Below are positions 8,598 through 17,400 of a stretch of 32,000 bases of DNA, one piece after another. The stretch's first letter is position 1. Each line of letters begins with the position of its first letter. Below the pieces are notes generated by a model. The model was not told where the DNA came from, did no database searches, and worked only from the letters and a program-made list of their open reading frames with translations. Source of the stretch: Erysipelotrichaceae bacterium (GTDB lineage: Bacteria > Bacillota_I > Bacilli_A > Erysipelotrichales > Erysipelotrichaceae); NCBI GenBank assembly GCA_963676105.1, contig OY781039.1, forward strand, positions 1,230,001-1,262,000, given 5' to 3'. The translations under genes were made by a program, and so were the position numbers.

Positions 8598-9782
8598 CTA
8601 TTTAATGATGGAAATAACGTTTCCAGCACCAACAGTACGTCCACCTTCACGGATTGAGAAAGTAGTACCTTGTTCAATCGCGATAGGAGCGATCAATGTA
8701 ACTTCCATTTCAACGTTGTCACCAGGCATAACCATTTCAACACCTTCAGGTAGTTTGATAACGCCAGTAACGTCAGTTGTACGGAAATAGAATTGAGGAC
8801 GGTAGTTAGCTACGAATGGAGTATGACGTCCACCTTCTTCTTTGCTCAAAACATAAACTTGTGCTTTGAACTCAGTGTGAGGTGTAACTGAACCAGGTTT
8901 ACATAAAACTTGTCCACGTTCGATTTCTTCACGGTTAACACCACGTAGTAATGCACCAATATTATCACCAGCTTGAGCTGAATCTAATAATTTACGGAAC
9001 ATTTCGATACCTGTAACAACAGTTTTCTTAGTAGGTTTTAAACCAACGATTTCAACTTCTTCAGAAAGTTTTAATTCACCACGTTCAACACGACCAGTAG
9101 CAACAGTACCACGACCTGTGATTGTGAATACGTCTTCAACAGACATTAAGAAAGGTTTGTCAGTTTCACGAACTGGATCAGGGATATATGAATCAACAGC
9201 ATCCATTAATTCGCCTAATTTAGGTTCCCAAGTAGGATCACCTTCGCCGCCTTTAAGAGCTGAACCACGGATAACTGGTGCATTGTCACCATCGAAACCG
9301 TTGTCAGATAATAATTCGCGAACTTCCATTTCAACTAAGTCGATTAATTCTTCATCATCAACCATGTCGCATTTGTTTAAGAATACAACGATATAAGGAA
9401 CACCAACTTGGTGAGCAAGTAGGATATGTTCACGTGTTTGTGGCATAGGTCCATCAGTTGCAGCAACAACTAAGATAGAACCATCCATTTGAGCAGCACC
9501 AGTGATCATGTTTTTAACATAATCGGCATGCCCTGGGCAGTCAACGTGTGCATAGTGACGTGCTTCAGTTTGATACTCAACGTGAGCAGTATTAATTGTT
9601 ATACCACGTGCCTTTTCTTCAGGTGCACCATCGATTGCATCGTAAGCCATAGCTTTAGCGCCACCCTTTTTAGCTAAGTAATTAGTGATAGCAGCTGTTA
9701 ATGTAGTTTTACCATGGTCAACGTGACCGATTGTTCCAATGTTAACGTGCGTTTTGGAACGGTCAAATTTTTCTTTTGCCAT
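8598..9782 (-). CDS. tuf: Elongation factor Tu
   Basis: 394-aa ORF with canonical EF-Tu sequence ([25 protein letters not shown]). AAGGAGAA SD upstream. Confidence 0.99.
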   Translation of the reverse strand: MAKEKFDRSKTHVNIGTIGHVDHGKTTLTAAITNYLAKKGGAKAMAYDAIDGAPEEKARGITINTAHVEYQTEARHYAHVDCPGHADYVKNMITGAAQMDGSILVVAATDGPMPQTREHILLAHQVGVPYIVVFLNKCDMVDDEELIDLVEMEVRELLSDNGFDGDNAPVIRGSALKGGEGDPTWEPKLGELMDAVDSYIPDPVRETDKPFLMSVEDVFTITGRGTVATGRVERGELKLSEEVEIVGLKPTKKTVVTGIEMFRKLLDSAQAGDNIGALLRGVNREEIERGQVLCKPGSVTPHTEFKAQVYVLSKEEGGRHTPFVANYRPQFYFRTTDVTGVIKLPEGVEMVMPGDNVEMEVTLIAPIAIEQGTTFSIREGGRTVGAGNVISIIK

Positions 9783-9856
9783 TTCTTTGTTCTCCTTTAT
9801 AGATTTGGTTTAAAAGCAATTTAATTTTAAAGCATCAATATACTTAATGCAAGATA

Positions 9857-11935
9857 TTAAGCGTCACTATTCTTTTTAGCGACTTTTTCAGCAATTGATT
9901 TAGGCACTTCATTGTAGTGGCTAAATTGCATGCCGTAGTTACCACGACCTTGTGTGAATGAACGAAGGTCAGTAGCGTAACCAAACATTTCAGATAGTGG
10001 GATGTCTGCAGTAACAACAACTGCATTTCCACGTTCTTCTTGGTCTTTGATGGTTCCACGTCTTGAGGAAACATCTCCCATTACAGAACCTAAGTATTCA
10101 CTTGGTGCTGTAACTTCGACTTTCATGATTGGTTCTAAAAGTTTAGGATCACACTTTTTACCTGCTTCTTTAAGCGCAAGTGAACCCGCAACTTTATAAG
10201 CCATTTCAGATGAGTCAACATCATGTGATGAACCATCAAATAATGTAGCTTTAATATCGATAACAGGGTAACCAGCAATCATACCGTTGGCTAGAGCTGC
10301 TTCAATACCTTCTTTAGTAGGTTTAATGAATTCACGAGGAACACTACCACCTACAACTGCATCAATAAATTCGAAGCCTTTACCAGTTTCATTTGGTTCA
10401 AAACGAACCCAAACGTGACCATATTGACCACGACCACCTGATTGACGAACGAATTTACCTTCACACTCTGCTGTACCACGAATTGTTTCACGGTAAGCAA
10501 CTTGTGGAGCACCAACATTACCTTCTACTTTAAATTCACGTTTCATACGATCAACGATGATATCTAAGTGAAGTTCACCCATACCAGCGATAATGGTTTG
10601 ACCTGTTTCTTGATCAGTATAAGTTTTGAATGTTGGATCTTCTTCAGCAAGTTTTGCTAAAGCAATAGACATCTTGTCTTGGTCACCTTTTGACTTCGGT
10701 TCAATAGCAATATTGATAACCGGTTCTGGGAAGACCATAGATTCTAAGATAACTGGCGCTTTTTCATCACATAGGGTATCCCCTGTTGTGGTGTCTTTTA
10801 ACCCAATTGCCGCTGCGATATCACCTGCAAATACTTCAGGAATATCTTCACGGTGGTTAGCGTGCATTTGAACGATACGTCCAAAACGTTCACGTTTATC
10901 CTTAGTTGAGTTAAGTACATAAGAACCAGATGTCATACTACCAGAGTAGACACGGAAGTAAGTTAAACGACCAATGAATGGGTCAGTCATAACTTTGAAC
11001 GCTAATGCTGAGAAAGGTTTACTATCATCAGATTCACGAACATCTTCTTCTTCAGTATCAGGATTAATACCTTTAATCGCTGGTACATCAACTGGTGAAG
11101 GCAAGTAATCCACAACTGCATCAAGCATTGCGGTTACACCTTTATTTTTATAAGCGGATCCACAGAGTACTGGATAGAAATCACCAGTAATAACTGCTTT
11201 ACGGATAGCTGCTTTGAATTCTTCAATGGTAGGTTCTTCACCTTCTAAGACTTTCATCATGAGATCATCATCAAAGTCTGCAACCATTTCAAGAAGTGCT
11301 TGGCGATATGTTTCTACATCATCCATCATTTCTGCTGGAATTTCACCAAATGTATCATCCTTCTCTTTTAAACCAGAGAAGAGACGTGCTTTTCTTTCAA
11401 CTAAATCAATAACGCCATCGAAGTAATTTTCGACACCGATTGGTAGTTGAAGTGGGGTAGCCTTTGCCCCTAAACGTTTAACAAGGGATTTAGCTGACAT
11501 ATAGAAGTCAGCACCAGTCGCATCCATTTTGTTAACGAATACAATACGTGGAACACGATATTTAGTTGCTTGACGCCAAACTGTTTCAGTTTGAGGTTCA
11601 ACACCACTTTTCGCATCTAGTACTGCAACCGCGCCATCTAAGACACGTAGAGAACGTTCAACTTCAACTGTGAAGTCAACGTGCCCCGGAGTATCGATAA
11701 TGTTAACTCGGTTACCCTTCCATGCAGCTGTTGTCGCAGCAGACGTAATAGTAATACCACGTTCTTGCTCTTGCGCCATCCAGTCCATAGTTGCAGCACC
11801 ATCATGAACTTCACCGATTTTATGCGTTCTACCTGTGTAATAAAGAATACGTTCAGTCGTTGTTGTTTTACCAGCATCGATGTGAGCCATGATTCCAATA
11901 TTACGAGTATTTTCTAATGAATATTCGCGAGCCAT
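9857..11935 (-). CDS. fusA: Elongation factor G
   Basis: 692-aa ORF with canonical EF-G sequence ([27 protein letters not shown]). AAGGAGG SD upstream. str-operon position. Confidence 0.99.
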   Translation of the reverse strand: MAREYSLENTRNIGIMAHIDAGKTTTTERILYYTGRTHKIGEVHDGAATMDWMAQEQERGITITSAATTAAWKGNRVNIIDTPGHVDFTVEVERSLRVLDGAVAVLDAKSGVEPQTETVWRQATKYRVPRIVFVNKMDATGADFYMSAKSLVKRLGAKATPLQLPIGVENYFDGVIDLVERKARLFSGLKEKDDTFGEIPAEMMDDVETYRQALLEMVADFDDDLMMKVLEGEEPTIEEFKAAIRKAVITGDFYPVLCGSAYKNKGVTAMLDAVVDYLPSPVDVPAIKGINPDTEEEDVRESDDSKPFSALAFKVMTDPFIGRLTYFRVYSGSMTSGSYVLNSTKDKRERFGRIVQMHANHREDIPEVFAGDIAAAIGLKDTTTGDTLCDEKAPVILESMVFPEPVINIAIEPKSKGDQDKMSIALAKLAEEDPTFKTYTDQETGQTIIAGMGELHLDIIVDRMKREFKVEGNVGAPQVAYRETIRGTAECEGKFVRQSGGRGQYGHVWVRFEPNETGKGFEFIDAVVGGSVPREFIKPTKEGIEAALANGMIAGYPVIDIKATLFDGSSHDVDSSEMAYKVAGSLALKEAGKKCDPKLLEPIMKVEVTAPSEYLGSVMGDVSSRRGTIKDQEERGNAVVVTADIPLSEMFGYATDLRSFTQGRGNYGMQFSHYNEVPKSIAEKVAKKNSDA

Positions 11936-11971
11936 TAGCTAGCCTCCTTTCCTAACTTTAATTGAAACATC

Positions 11972-12442
11972 TTACCAACGATAGTGAGCGAATGCTTTAT
12001 TCGCTTCAGCCATACGGTGGATATCTTCACGTTTTTTAACCGAAGCACCGGCACCATTTGATGCATCGATGATTTCGTTAGCTAAACGTAGTTCCATTGT
12101 ACGTTCGTTACGTAAACGTGCGTAGTTTACTAACCAACGTAGACCTAAAGTTAAGCGACGTTCTGCAGAAACTTCTACAGGAACTTGGTAGTTAGAACCA
12201 CCAACACGACGTGCTTTAAGTTCTAACATAGGCATAATGTTTGTTAATGCGAGTTCGAATACTTCCATTGGTTCACGTCCAGTTTTTTCTTGAACAAGAT
12301 CGAAAGCATCGTATAGGATGGTTTGAGCGATACCGCGTTTACCATCAATCATAATTTTGTTAATTAAGCGTGTTACTAATTTGGAGTTGTAGATTGGATC
12401 TACTAGAACATCACGCTTAGCTATATAACCTTTTCTTGGCAT
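11972..12442 (-). CDS. rpsG: 30S ribosomal protein S7
   Basis: 156-aa ORF ([29 protein letters not shown]...) canonical for S7. GGAGGAGG SD upstream. Confidence 0.98.
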   Translation of the reverse strand: MPRKGYIAKRDVLVDPIYNSKLVTRLINKIMIDGKRGIAQTILYDAFDLVQEKTGREPMEVFELALTNIMPMLELKARRVGGSNYQVPVEVSAERRLTLGLRWLVNYARLRNERTMELRLANEIIDASNGAGASVKKREDIHRMAEANKAFAHYRW

Positions 12443-12456
12443 GATAATCCTCCTCC

Positions 12457-12867
12457 TTATTTAGGTTTCTTTGCGCCATATAGTGAACGACTTTGTTTAC
12501 GATCGTTAACACCTGCGCAGTCTAGTGTTCCACGAATAATGTGGTAACGTACCCCAGGTAAATCCTTAACACGACCACCACGGATCATGACAACGGAGTG
12601 TTCCTGAAGGTTATGCCCAATCCCAGGGATATACGCAGTAACTTCCATTCCGTTTGATAAACGTACACGAGCATACTTACGTAAAGCTGAGTTAGGTTTT
12701 TTAGGTGTCATTGTACCAACACGGGTACATACACCACGCTTTTGAGGCGATGATAAATCAGTTGGACGACGTTTTAATGAGTTCAAACCACGATTTAATG
12801 CTGGTGATTTTGACTTATAAGTTTTGTCTGAACGACCTTGATTTACTAATTGATTAATTGTAGGCAT
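12457..12867 (-). CDS. rpsL: 30S ribosomal protein S12
   Basis: Canonical S12 begins at [12 protein letters not shown] (ATG at 12867) with an AAAGGAGAA SD upstream. The 26 upstream codons of the tracked ORF (to 12945) lie in the structured leader and are not expected to be coding. Confidence 0.96.
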   Translation of the reverse strand: MPTINQLVNQGRSDKTYKSKSPALNRGLNSLKRRPTDLSSPQKRGVCTRVGTMTPKKPNSALRKYARVRLSNGMEVTAYIPGIGHNLQEHSVVMIRGGRVKDLPGVRYHIIRGTLDCAGVNDRKQSRSLYGAKKPK

Positions 12868-12958
12868 TGTTCTCCTTTCTTGTGCACACGCATCCGGGTG
12901 TGCTGAATGTCTTCCCAAAACGAAAGTTTCCTCTTTGGGAAACATTCATTGCATAGGC
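12868..12958 (-). promoter_or_regulatory. Structured 5' leader of the str operon (two stem-loops)
   Basis: Minus-strand RNA has GAAUGUUUCCCAAA-(13 nt)-UUUGGGAAGACAUUC (about 14 bp, one bulge). This is followed by GCACAC-CCGGAUGC-GUGUGC, then the SD. Confidence 0.45.
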
Positions 12959-12964
12959 TAGTAA

Positions 12965-12993
12965 ATAATAGACCAAGAGAATGATTATGTCAA
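12965..12993 (-). promoter_or_regulatory. Putative sigma-A promoter of rpsL-rpsG-fusA-tuf (TTGACA-17 nt-TATTAT)
   Basis: Minus strand reads TTGACA (12993-12988), a 17-nt spacer, then TATTAT (12970-12965). The -35 lies in the loop of an AGAATGATT/AATCATTCT hairpin that follows the upstream membrane-protein gene. Confidence 0.65.
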
Positions 12994-13016
12994 TCATTCT
13001 TGTATAAAAAATAGAC

Positions 13017-13307
13017 TTATTTTGCTTCCTTTATTGGTAGTAAAGCCATTGTCAATCCAAGGCCTAGGCCAATCAAGAAACGTATCATAGACTCATCAGA
13101 ACTAATCAGTGATCCAAAGCCTACAAAGACCGCAACCACAAAGAAAGACAGGATGGACCATTGAAGTAAATTGAGCCAATGTTTTTTACGCTTAATTTGA
13201 TTCCAAACATAGCTATAGAACCCTGTTTTTCTAACTAAAAGCATAGATAAGGCAGTCCCAATAAATAGACCTGCTGCAAAGATTAAAGATGTTGTAAAGC
13301 TTCCCAT
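13017..13307 (-). CDS. Hypothetical small membrane protein (about 3 TM segments)
   Basis: 96-aa ORF with hydrophobic stretches (SLIFAAGLFIGTALSMLLV, WSILSFFVVAVFVGFGSLI, FLIGLGLGLTMALL). GAGGT SD 7 nt upstream of the ATG. Confidence 0.7.
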   Translation of the reverse strand: MGSFTTSLIFAAGLFIGTALSMLLVRKTGFYSYVWNQIKRKKHWLNLLQWSILSFFVVAVFVGFGSLISSDESMIRFLIGLGLGLTMALLPIKEAK

Positions 13308-13352
13308 AGTAAGTACCTCTTTATAATGTGTATTAGTTTACCACTATATTGT

Positions 13353-13383
13353 CAAAAAGAAAAAGATGGAAATCCATCTTTTT
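13353..13383 (-). terminator. Intrinsic terminator downstream of the XRE-family gene
   Basis: Minus-strand RNA AAAGAUGG-AUUU-CCAUCUUU followed by UUCUUUUU, immediately after the stop at 13386. Confidence 0.7.
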
Positions 13384-13385
13384 GC

Positions 13386-14342
13386 TTAATTTCTAGGTTT
13401 TTTAAACAAATCGAAGATAATATATGACACAATACCGGCAATTGGCCAAATAATCCATGTAATATGCCAATCAAAAGTGAGAAAACTCCATAAAAGATAA
13501 ACTGCTGTAATAATTAACCAAAATAAGGTTTCAAATGGTTCTTTCTTTTGTCTAAATAAGCGTTGTTCCTCAGTATATTCTCCAATTCTTAGAATAACAT
13601 CTAATATCTTTTTAACATTCGCTGTATAAACAATCATTCCTACGCCTATTGAAATAATCAAGAACATTAGCGCAACTAGATTAATTAATGTACTTTGTGG
13701 CCATTGTAGTATTCCACCAAAAATTAATGGAACAAAGCTAACAATAAACAACATGATCGCAACAGCTAGATATACTGCATGATTGCGGTTGTGTTGTTTG
13801 GATTCTTCCTTAACAACATTAATAACGCCATACTCTAATTTATATTCTGCTTTTTCTAAGTATTCATATTCTTTCATTCTTAAGTTCGTCACAATGATGG
13901 TTCCAACACCAACTGCGATGAGTCCAAACATACTAACTAATCCTAATGCTGAGTAGAAAGGTGAGTAAAATGTATCAAATTGACTTAAAATGATCATCGG
14001 TGCAACAGATATGACAAGTGCTGAAACTGCAAATGCCATAAACTTAGAATAAATTTTTCGCTTTTCAATACCTTCTCTAACTTCTTCTAATGTAACACGT
14101 CTAATACCATTGCCTTCTGTATCTGTTTTCATGTCATAGGTTTCAACTTCATCTTTTAATAAGTAATCCGTTGAAACACCAAAGAATTCAGAGAGTTGTA
14201 GAATACGATTCATATCTGGGATACTCATGGCTGATTCCCATTTTGATATGGATTGACGTGAAACGCCCAACTTTTCAGCTAATTCTTCTTGTGAGATATC
14301 CATCTCTTTACGTAGTTTATATATTTTATCGGCTAGTAACAT
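13386..14342 (-). CDS. XRE-family helix-turn-helix protein with a C-terminal polytopic membrane domain
   Basis: The likely start is the ATG at 14342 ([43 protein letters not shown] = Cro/C1 HTH) with an AAGGAGG SD. The C-terminal ~200 aa holds about 6 hydrophobic helices. The tracked ORF start at 14420 has no SD. Confidence 0.8.
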   Translation of the reverse strand: MLLADKIYKLRKEMDISQEELAEKLGVSRQSISKWESAMSIPDMNRILQLSEFFGVSTDYLLKDEVETYDMKTDTEGNGIRRVTLEEVREGIEKRKIYSKFMAFAVSALVISVAPMIILSQFDTFYSPFYSALGLVSMFGLIAVGVGTIIVTNLRMKEYEYLEKAEYKLEYGVINVVKEESKQHNRNHAVYLAVAIMLFIVSFVPLIFGGILQWPQSTLINLVALMFLIISIGVGMIVYTANVKKILDVILRIGEYTEEQRLFRQKKEPFETLFWLIITAVYLLWSFLTFDWHITWIIWPIAGIVSYIIFDLFKKPRN

Positions 14343-14445
14343 AATGTTTGCCTCCTTACGCTTAAATTCTAAGGTTTTGCATAGTTGCATACTAGCAAGT
14401 CTACCTTGAAATGTACGCAACTACTGGTTGCACATTCAGTTTAAC

Positions 14446-14475
14446 ATACAAAAAACCCCCTAATTAAAGGAGGTT
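14446..14475 (-). terminator. Intrinsic terminator downstream of rpoC
   Basis: Minus-strand RNA AACCUCC-UUUAAUUA-GGGGGUU (one G-U pair) followed by UUUUUUGU, 12 nt after the rpoC TAG. Confidence 0.75.
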
Positions 14476-14487
14476 TTGAGGTTTGGA

Positions 14488-17400
14488 CTACTCTTCTGTT
14501 TGTTCTTCGCGAGAATCACGTAGCATTTCAGGTGGCAAGCTTTGGGCTTCTTCTTCCATGATTCGATTACGTTCATCACGATCCTCTTTCATTTCAGCAG
14601 CCATTTCTTCGATACGTACGCTACTTTCTCTTTCAGCAAATGAGCCTGTTCCAGCAGGAATCTTCTTACCAATAATAACGTTTTCTTTTAGACCCATTAA
14701 GTGATCCACTTTACCTTTGATAGCGGCATCCGTAAGAACTTTAGTTGTTTCTTGGAAGGAAGCAGCTGATAGGAATGAATCAGTTTCAACAGATGACTTA
14801 GAAATACCTAAGAGAACTGGTTTGAATTTCGCAGGACGTTTGCCTGATAGTAGAGCTTTACGGTTAAGGTTAGTAATATTTGCTAGAGATAATTGGATAC
14901 CAGCACTTAAGTGTGTATCTTGTCCATCTGTAACAACCACTTTACGCATCATTTGTTTAACCATGACTTCGATGTGTTTGTCAGAGATTTCAATCCCTTG
15001 GCTTTGATATACTTTCTTAACTTCTTTCATGATGTACTCTTGAACTGCATGTACACCACCAACTTCTAAGAGTTCCTTAGGATCGATATGATCTTCAGTG
15101 AGTTTATCACCCGCTTCAATTTCATAACCCTCTTTAATCCATGGACGGATATGTTGGGTCATTGATGCGAAGTGTTCAACTGACTCTTTTTCATTGGTAA
15201 CAACAATCTTCATCAATAAGTCTTTATTACCACGAGATTCTTGTTCTGTGGATTTGAAGGATTCTAAATCACGAATGTTTTGGAACTTAGATTCTTCGTT
15301 GTTGATGACAGATAATAAGTATGAATAGATATTTGGGTCAACCCCTTCAATTGAAGTGATTGTACCTGAGATTTTTGAGAGTAATGCAGGTTTTTTAGGA
15401 CGACGAGCTTCGAAAAGTTCTTCAACACGAGGTAAACCTTGTGTGATATCCCCTCCGTCACCACCAGCAACCCCACCAGTATGGAAGGTACGCATGGTTA
15501 ATTGAGTACCAGGTTCCCCAATGGATTGGGCAGCCATGATACCGACAGCTTCACCGATTTCAACTTCTTTACCAGTTGCCATATTACGTCCGTAACATTT
15601 CTTACAAACACCATATGTCGCATCACATGTAAATACATTACGGATAACCGCTGATTTAACACCAGCTTCAACAACTGCTCGAGCTTGAGCTTCAGTGACT
15701 AAGGTATCACCTTCAACTAAAACTTCTCCAGTTGTCGGATGAATAATATCATCTTTTAGTGTACGACCAATTAATCGATCATAGATGGATTCAATAACGG
15801 TGTTGGTCTTACGATCAACGATATCTTGAATCACTTCACCACGATCTGTTCCACAATCTTCTTCTGAAATCATGACATCTTGAGCAACGTCGACTAAACG
15901 ACGTGTTAGATAACCAGACTCAGCCGTTTTTAGCGCCGTATCGGTTAGACCTTTACGCACACCGTGAGTGGAAATAAAGAATTCAGACACGTTTAGACCA
16001 TGTCTAAATGAGGAGTAAATAGGAACTTCGAAGATTGAAGTGATATATTTACGTTCACGAATCGCTTCAGTTTTAACTGCGTCATACGTCTCAACAGCAC
16101 CTGAATCTACACTATGACTAACATCGTTATCTTTAATTTCAAGGAATCTGTTATAGCTTAGTTTATTTGAATCAATCAGTTTTTTCGCTAACTCGTAGAA
16201 ACCATTTTCTAGATCTAAATCATTTTTATTGAGTAGATCTAATTCTTCTTGCGTTAAGTGTTTTAAGATACGTTCACTTTCAGCTTGAATGAGTTTTTTA
16301 GATTTTGCGATCAATTCACGACGTTGATACTTCGCGATAAGTTCTGGCGTAATCTTTTCTTCTTCTAGAAGTCCATCCACCACTTGGTTAATTAACTGCA
16401 TATCCTTACCTTTAGCTTCCGCTAAAATTTGGTGTTGGATAGGACCGAGTAATGGTGTAATTTCATCAGCGCTTGAAACAAGCATTTCAATGATAATTGA
16501 ACGATACTCTAAATCTTCCAAGAAAGCTTCATCAACACGATTGTTTTGTACAAGTGTAGTGGCAGCCATCGGAATTGACTTACGAGTTAAGCTATCAACA
16601 TCAATATATTCTTTAATTGTTTCAATGAGTGTATAGTTGCGTGCTTCTAAGAAGCTAACTGTCTTCTCAATAAGTGCTTTGATGTTTTGGAATGTTTCTA
16701 AATCTTCTAAAGAGAAACGGTTCGTGTCTAAGAGTGAATCAGATAAAGTTTTAATTGTTTCAGCTTTTGATTTTTTATCTTTAGCGCCAACTAATAAATC
16801 TTTTTCTTCTTCAGATAAACGATCTAAGATCATTTCATCACTTACTTTTAGACCATCAACGATAACTGTTCTGAGTTCTGCACGATCAAGAATGTTTTGA
16901 GTTAAAGCTTCACTACCCATGAGTTCATCAACCATTGGTTTGATTTCTTCAGCACGTTGTTTTTTGCCTTTAACAGTCGCAAGAACGAGTTGATCATCTT
17001 CAGATAATAGATTTGTGATTTCTTCTGTACCTAAGGTTAGGTGTTCTGTAAGTAGAGCACGTTTTTCTTTACGTAAATCACCTTCAAGTTTTTGAAGTTC
17101 AGACATTGTGACACGGTTCTCATCAACAAGATGTTCAGCCAATGTATTAATGTATTCTTCACGATTTGCCTTAAGGGTACGTAAACCATCTACATCACGG
17201 TTTGCGGTAAGGTTCTTGATGAATGGATTTTCTTTTTCAAGATGACGTTTCAACAATTCAGGAACACTCATAGCCATATGTGCTTGGTGTAAATGTTTGA
17301 TGTTGAGTTCATCACCATTCATTAAGTTAAGCGCAAACTCTTTAAGTTCTGCATGATTCTTAGATTTGTTAATAAGTTTGAGTTGTTGAATTTGTTCAGA

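Noticed and set aside
8605-11917. Internal ORFs in tuf and fusA on both strands (e.g. 9118-9396, 9844-10074, 10626-10871, 11638-11898)
   Set aside because: They are nested in or antisense to EF-Tu and EF-G, with no translation signals and implausible composition.
12868-12945. N-terminal extensions of tracked ORFs: rpsL to 12945, rplK to 27472, rpmG to 28581, XRE gene to 14420, rpoB to 24489, rplJ to 26097
   Set aside because: In each case a downstream ATG or GTG has a strong, correctly spaced SD and restores the canonical protein N-terminus. The extensions fall in leaders or upstream genes and often begin at non-ATG codons without an SD.
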